Shown here: in pieces, positions 27,526 through 32,000 of the stretch
Position numbering within the stretch: position 1 is the first letter of the stretch
How the letters are laid out: each line of letters opens with the position of its first letter
DNA from: Ignicoccus pacificus DSM 13166
GTDB lineage: Archaea; Thermoproteota; Thermoprotei_A; Sulfolobales; Ignicoccaceae
Direction of reading: 5' to 3'
Assembly: GCA_025340205.1 (NCBI GenBank)
Contig: CP006868.1
Span: 690,001-722,000 of the forward strand
Length of the DNA: 32,000 nt
The notes under the pieces: generated by a model
What the model saw: only the letters and a program-made list of their open reading frames with translations
Told to the model about the DNA's origin: nothing
Databases searched by the model: none
Program-made: the position numbers and the translations under genes

Positions 27526-28155
27526 TTGGTAGCCGGTCCTCCTCTTAATGATGAAGGACAAGCCTTCTTAGTAAAAGCAGAGTGTCCGTTCTTAGTGGAT
27601 TCTGGAGCCTTTGGCGAGGTTGCGTTTCAAAACGTACTCTATTATGGTGTTCAACCCTCCGAATTGGAAGTTTTGGTTAATACTCATGCCCATGTAGATA
27701 GGGCTGGAGGTGATTGGCTCTTCCATGAAGCTGGTGTTACCGTAGCAGCTGGAGAAAGAGACGCTATAGCGATACAGCGAGGTGATCGTGAATACACGGC
27801 AGCAGACATGATAGGAGTAGAGCTCAAGCCTACGCCAGTTGGTTGGATAGTTAAGGAAGAAGCGTTGGTATGTGGAGCCGAGCTCCTCTTGCTTCCAGGC
27901 CACACGGCGAGTAGCTTAGGCATTTACTACGAGGGCGTTCTACTCGCTGGAGACTTACTGGGTCCGCTTTGCACAAAGTGGGGGAGCGAGGGGGAGGCTT
28001 GGATTAAGAGTATCGAGAAAGCCTTGTCATTAGAGCCTAACGTTATGTGTGCAAACAACGAATGTTTTTACGGGAAACATAAGGTTCGCTTTATGTTAGA
28101 GAAGTCTCTCGAAATGGGGCCACCTTGGCTGGAAGAATGTAAACCGAAAAATTAA
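27526..28155 (+). CDS. MBL-fold metallohydrolase
   Basis: VNTHAHVDRAGGD metal-binding motif; LLLLPGHTASSLGIYYEGVLLAGDLL. Confidence 0.85.
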   Translation: MVAGPPLNDEGQAFLVKAECPFLVDSGAFGEVAFQNVLYYGVQPSELEVLVNTHAHVDRAGGDWLFHEAGVTVAAGERDAIAIQRGDREYTAADMIGVELKPTPVGWIVKEEALVCGAELLLLPGHTASSLGIYYEGVLLAGDLLGPLCTKWGSEGEAWIKSIEKALSLEPNVMCANNECFYGKHKVRFMLEKSLEMGPPWLEECKPKN

Positions 28156-28185
28156 TTAACCCAACTCTCCACCCTACCAAACGGA

Positions 28186-28210
28186 GGCCTCCCGGGAGAG
28201 GCGGGAGGCC
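28186..28210. repeat. Perfect 9-bp inverted repeat hairpin GGCCTCCCG-ggagagg-CGGGAGGCC directly upstream of tRNA-Lys
   Basis: GGCCTCCCG 28186-28194; CGGGAGGCC 28202-28210. Confidence 0.7.
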
Positions 28211-28214
28211 CGGT

Positions 28215-28315
28215 GGGCCCGTAGCTCAGCTTGGTAGAGCGGCGGGCTCTTAACCCGTAGAGGCGGGGCTTGACCGTCGCGGAAGTCCCGGGTTCAAATC
28301 CCGGCGGGCCCGCCA
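28215..28315 (+). tRNA. tRNA-Lys(CUU) with about 24-nt non-canonical intron in the variable region (about 28261-28284); CCA encoded
   Basis: GGGCCCG/CGGGCCC; D-arm GCUC/GAGC; anticodon arm GCGGG-CUCUUAA-CCCGU; T-arm CCGGG-UUCAAAU-CCCGG. Removing 24 nt leaves a 5-nt AGGUC variable loop. Confidence 0.88.
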
Positions 28316-28558
28316 CGACCCAATGGGCTCCTACACCTCCCTCCTCCATTACACTTCTCAACTCAGTACATTCCAAAACACCCAGCGTAATCACCAAACC
28401 GCGCCTAAGCCTCACTTCAGCAAACCATCACTCGAAAAGCCTTCTAAGTAAGGAGCACAAACATAAGTCAAAGAACATTAGTCTTCACAAGAGAAGCAAG
28501 GCTTGTAGATTTTCATCTATAAATATATAGAAAGTGCAAAACTCGTGAGACTTTACGT

Positions 28559-29416
28559 TTATCTCTTAACTTTACCCTTAATATACTCAGCTACTTTCTT
28601 AGCTACATCCATCCCCGTAGCTCTCATAAAGCCTTTGAATTCGGGCACGCCGTTGACTTCGTTAACCAAAAGCCCGTCTTGATACTCGAAGAGATCTATC
28701 GACACTACTTCTCCCTTTAGGGCCTTGGCAGCTTTCAGTGCAAGCTCACAAGCATCACACGAGTCCTCGAGCTTCTTCACGTTGGCTCCTAGGGCTACGT
28801 TTGATCTCCACTCACCCTCTTGAGGTATTCTGTAGATACAGCCTAGGCACTCGTCTCCCACTACGAAGCATCTAATGTCTCTGTTACTTGGCATCTTGAC
28901 GTATTCTTGGACTATGTGTGCCTTCATCTGGGGTGAGCTCATCATGCTTCTATGCTCAATTACTATATTGGCCTCGTGCCAATCTCTAATCAAGCTGACT
29001 AACCTTCCCCAGCTTCCTATAGGAGGCTTATCGACCAGCGGGAATCCCATCTGTAGGTATGCCTTGACTGTAGAGTCTCCGTTGAGGGAGACTATAGTCT
29101 TCGGTATTGGTATATTGTGGGAGGCAAGGATTGAATAGGTCAGTATCTTGTCGCCAGAGTACATTATTGTAAACGAACTGTTAATTGGCTTTAGGGAGTT
29201 TGCCTCCAAGGCGGCTGCCGTGTAGAGAGACTTGAACATGCTGACTGCTCTTATTAACGGTATATGTTCCTCTATTCCGTTTAGTGGTAGCGGTTCTCTG
29301 GTAACGTTGAACGGTACTGCCTTCAGTCCCGCGTCCTCTAGAGCCTTCAGTAGTTTCTTCTCCTCTATTCGGGGCATATCATAATAGACCTTAACAACGA
29401 ACTGGAACCAACTCAC
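28559..29416 (-). CDS. lysX: LysX-type ATP-grasp ligase (lysine and/or arginine biosynthesis via LysW carrier)
   Basis: RimK-like ATP-grasp: FPLVDKPPIGSWGRLVSLI, HIVQEYVKMPSNRDIRCFVVGD, NEVNGVPEFKGF; adjacent to lysW. Confidence 0.88.
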   Translation of the reverse strand: MSWFQFVVKVYYDMPRIEEKKLLKALEDAGLKAVPFNVTREPLPLNGIEEHIPLIRAVSMFKSLYTAAALEANSLKPINSSFTIMYSGDKILTYSILASHNIPIPKTIVSLNGDSTVKAYLQMGFPLVDKPPIGSWGRLVSLIRDWHEANIVIEHRSMMSSPQMKAHIVQEYVKMPSNRDIRCFVVGDECLGCIYRIPQEGEWRSNVALGANVKKLEDSCDACELALKAAKALKGEVVSIDLFEYQDGLLVNEVNGVPEFKGFMRATGMDVAKKVAEYIKGKVKR

Positions 29417-29423
29417 CTCCCCC

Positions 29424-29594
29424 TCACTCGCCCCAGTCCTCAGCTGCCTCCTCGGCGACCTTGAGCTCTATTTTATCACCACTCTTCTTTACCTCTAATT
29501 GAGCGCCACAGCTCTCGCACTCGATTATCTCTCCATCCATGACGTCCTCGGGTAGCTCTATCTCAGCTCCACATACCGGACACTTAACCTTCAT
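29424..29594 (-). CDS. lysW: LysW amino-group carrier protein (56 aa; not in supplied ORF track)
   Basis: My translation: MKVKCPVCGAEIELPEDVMDGEIIECESCGAQLEVKKSGDKIELKVAEEAAEDWGE*, i.e. zinc ribbon plus the hallmark C-terminal EDWGE. Confidence 0.95.
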   Translation of the reverse strand: MKVKCPVCGAEIELPEDVMDGEIIECESCGAQLEVKKSGDKIELKVAEEAAEDWGE

Positions 29595-29646
29595 GATCTT
29601 TCCTCCCCACCCGTCCAGCCGGAAGGGGACTTAAAAGGGTTTTCGT

Positions 29647-29685
29647 AGAGTCCTCAGCTTTGCTACTTCAGTAGTTGAGGACTCT
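29647..29685. repeat. 10-bp inverted repeat hairpin AGAGTCCTCA...TGAGGACTCT in the carB-lysW intergenic region
   Basis: Perfect outer 10-bp complement (29647-29656 / 29676-29685) enclosing a second inverted repeat CTACT-tc-AGTAG. Confidence 0.65.
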
Positions 29686-29698
29686 TTAGCAATATATT

Positions 29699-32000
29699 TT
29701 AATCCTCAAAATACTCCGAATATTCCCTAATATCTAGTTCTGTCAACTTTTTCTTGCTTGATAAGAGACCAGTAACGTCTAACGCCTTCGTCAGTTCCAT
29801 AGCTAGTCTAGAGTTTAATATTATTGGAACGTTTAAGTCGACAGCAGTCCTCCTTACGACGTAATCTACTTCCTTGTTACTACCGCTCGTTATTACCCAC
29901 GTTATCTCACCTTTATTCATCATATCCTTAGCTTCATTGACATTTATCTCCTCCAAACCTTCAAGAGGGCTTTCCTTTAACGTTAGTACTTCGAAGTCGT
30001 TCTGCTCCAATATCTTAACGGCTTCAGTTAGGTACTTACTATCTGAAGGGTCATTCTTCTCTAAGGTGTATGCCAGTATCTTCTTTCCTTCCCGAGGCAG
30101 CTCGTTTGGTACTGCTGAGAGCCATGAAAGGATTAACGCTTCTTCATACACCTTGCTGAAGACAGCTACCTCACCGGTACTCCTCATCTCAGGCCCTAAG
30201 TCCGGATACACTCCCTTCATCTGCGTCCAACTGAACTGAGGGCTCTTCACTCCCCAAACAGGGGTGGGAGGCTCCAAGAGCTCTTCATCTATTCCTAGGG
30301 ACCCGTTCAGCACGGCCTTGGCAGCGTATTCCATCAAGTTAATCCTCCTAGACTTACTCGTAAACGGCATACTTCTACTCGCTCTAAGATTTAGTTCTAT
30401 TACATAGGGTTCATTGTTAACGATGACGAACTGAATGTTGTATGGACCTACTATCTCTAATTCGTTAACGAGCATAAGAGCTATTTCCTTCATCCTATTC
30501 TTGGTGTAATCACTCAGTCTCGCCGGCGTAACCATAGTGGAATCGCCAGAGTGAACTCCAGCGGGCTCTACGTGACTAACTGGAATCACTATCGTGTGCC
30601 TACTATCGCCTACGCCGTCCAGTTCAGCTTCCTTGGCACCCACGAAGAACTCAGAGACGACTACGGGGTATTCTGGACTGATCTTGGCTGCCAGTTGCAA
30701 GAACTTCACTAACTCCTCCCAACTCCATATAATTCTCATTGCAGAACCGCTGAGAACATAACTCGGTCTGACGATTACTGGGAAGCCTACCTCCTCGATG
30801 AACCTCCGTACCTCATTTAGATCTCTAGCAGCGATCCACCTCGGTTGCTTTATTCCGAGTTTATCCAACAGGGCACTGAACTTACTCCTATCTTCGGCTC
30901 TATCTACGCTCTCGCCCGAGGTTCCTAATATAGGAACCCCGTAGCTCTGGAGCTTCTTGTATAATCGATTGGCTATTTGACCTCCTGCAAACGCTATTAC
31001 GCCCCATGGTTTCTCCTTCTTGCTTATCTTGTATACGCTCTCCAAGCTCAATTCATCGAAGTACAGCTTGTCGCTTTCATCCCAATCGGTTGAAACTGTC
31101 TCGGGGTTGTAATTTACCACTATTACCTCCTCTGAGCCCATTTTCTTTAATGCCTTAGTTACGTTGACTACCGCCCAATCGAACTCGACTGACACGCCTA
31201 TCCTGAAGACACCCGCTCCTAGAACTATCGTCTTCATCCTCTTAGGAGAAAAGTCTGGATCGTCTTCCATTCCATCGTAGGTTAGATACAAGTAATTGGT
31301 TACCGCAGGCCACTCCGCGGCTAACGTATCTATTCTTTTCACATAGGGCAGCGCCCCTTCCCGGATATCCTTCTTAAGTTGTTTATCCGTAAAGCCTAGT
31401 GACTTGAAATATTCATAATCTATCTTCCCTTGATTTATCTCCTTTTGAGCGTCCACTATCTCCTGAATCCAATAAAGGAAGTACTTGTCAGTACCATAGG
31501 CTTCGTGGACTTCGTCTATGCTTGCTCCCTCCCATAAGGCCTTAGCAGCGTAAAGAGGCCAATAGGGTTCCCTCTTCCTAAGCTTCTCTAGAGCCTCATC
31601 CTTGCTCATATCCCTTATATCCTTAAAGTCTGTAATCCCTTCGTAACCGAGATCCAACATCCTTATTGCCTTCTGAAGGGCTTCAGCGACGTTTCTTCCT
31701 ATGGCCATTACCTCTCCTATGCTCTTCATCTCACTATCCAAGTTTCTTATAGATCCTTCAAACTTATCCAAGTCCCACCTAGGCACTTTTATTACAACGT
31801 AGTCAAGGCTCGGCTCGAAACACGCACACGTTATACCGGTAACCTTATTCAATATTTCGTATATCTTGTATCCCAAGGCTATTTTTGCTGCTATATAGGC
31901 TAGAGGATATCCGGTAGCTTTACTGGCTAACGCACTGCTTCTGCTCATCCTAGGGTTAGTCTCAATAACATAGAAGGTCTCGCTCTTAGGGTCCAACGTA
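29699..32000 (-). CDS. carB: Carbamoyl-phosphate synthase large subunit, 5' end truncated by the window edge
   Basis: ETNPRMSRSSALASKATGYPLAYIAAKIALG; YLTYDGMEDD...; FSALLDKLGI ATP-grasp; LNLRASRSMPFTSKS. Confidence 0.95.
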   Translation of the reverse strand, partial: TLDPKSETFYVIETNPRMSRSSALASKATGYPLAYIAAKIALGYKIYEILNKVTGITCACFEPSLDYVVIKVPRWDLDKFEGSIRNLDSEMKSIGEVMAIGRNVAEALQKAIRMLDLGYEGITDFKDIRDMSKDEALEKLRKREPYWPLYAAKALWEGASIDEVHEAYGTDKYFLYWIQEIVDAQKEINQGKIDYEYFKSLGFTDKQLKKDIREGALPYVKRIDTLAAEWPAVTNYLYLTYDGMEDDPDFSPKRMKTIVLGAGVFRIGVSVEFDWAVVNVTKALKKMGSEEVIVVNYNPETVSTDWDESDKLYFDELSLESVYKISKKEKPWGVIAFAGGQIANRLYKKLQSYGVPILGTSGESVDRAEDRSKFSALLDKLGIKQPRWIAARDLNEVRRFIEEVGFPVIVRPSYVLSGSAMRIIWSWEELVKFLQLAAKISPEYPVVVSEFFVGAKEAELDGVGDSRHTIVIPVSHVEPAGVHSGDSTMVTPARLSDYTKNRMKEIALMLVNELEIVGPYNIQFVIVNNEPYVIELNLRASRSMPFTSKSRRINLMEYAAKAVLNGSLGIDEELLEPPTPVWGVKSPQFSWTQMKGVYPDLGPEMRSTGEVAVFSKVYEEALILSWLSAVPNELPREGKKILAYTLEKNDPSDSKYLTEAVKILEQNDFEVLTLKESPLEGLEEINVNEAKDMMNKGEITWVITSGSNKEVDYVVRRTAVDLNVPIILNSRLAMELTKALDVTGLLSSKKKLTELDIREYSEYFED

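Noticed and set aside
28363-28394. Minus-strand C/D-like motif GTGATTA ... CTGA in the gap after tRNA-Lys
   Set aside because: Imperfect C box and no terminal stem; likely chance.
28152-28415. Minus-strand 87-aa ORF containing PPGFEPGT, and overlapping plus-strand ORF 28270-28530
   Set aside because: PPGFEPGTS is the classic spurious translation of the reverse complement of a tRNA T-arm; it overlaps tRNA-Lys.
1-32000. CRISPR arrays, transposases, integrases, toxin-antitoxin modules
   Set aside because: No regularly spaced direct repeats and no recognisable mobile-element proteins in the translated ORFs. The one PIN protein matches HARP rather than a VapC toxin and has no antitoxin partner.

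Overview
32 kb of a compact, hyperthermophilic-type crenarchaeal chromosome. The lineage is inferred from aIF2-beta, L14e, Trm1, archaeal RNase P proteins and BHB-type tRNA introns; the exact taxon was not determined. Most of the window is dense housekeeping and metabolism: porGDAB, TruD, L14e, S2P protease, malate dehydrogenase, an RNase P Rpp30-like protein, an RlmI-like methyltransferase, transketolase N-half, aIF2-beta, a DHH protein, an ABC exporter, UPF0179, Trm1, YhbY, Rpp21/Rnp4, FeoB, GAPDH, a HARP-family PIN nuclease, LeuC-type dehydratase, an MBL hydrolase, LysX, LysW and CarB. Two intron-containing tRNAs are present: Arg-CCU with a canonical-position intron, and Lys-CUU with an intron in the variable region. 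lysW (29424-29594) is absent from the supplied ORF track. Main items for a second look: (1) a huge, roughly 40% threonine, Asp/Cys/Trp-free alternating Thr/beta-branched protein that is open at the left edge; (2) a HARP-type protein-only RNase P candidate in the same window as two subunits of the RNA-based enzyme; (3) a tRNA 3'-half-like element with T-arm, A1:U72-like acceptor and encoded CCA but no room for D and anticodon arms; (4) a 63% GC, hairpin-rich intergenic region that may encode a structured RNA; (5) an isolated 70-aa single-helix membrane protein with promoter-like and terminator-like flanks. No CRISPR array, IS element or obvious defence island was seen.
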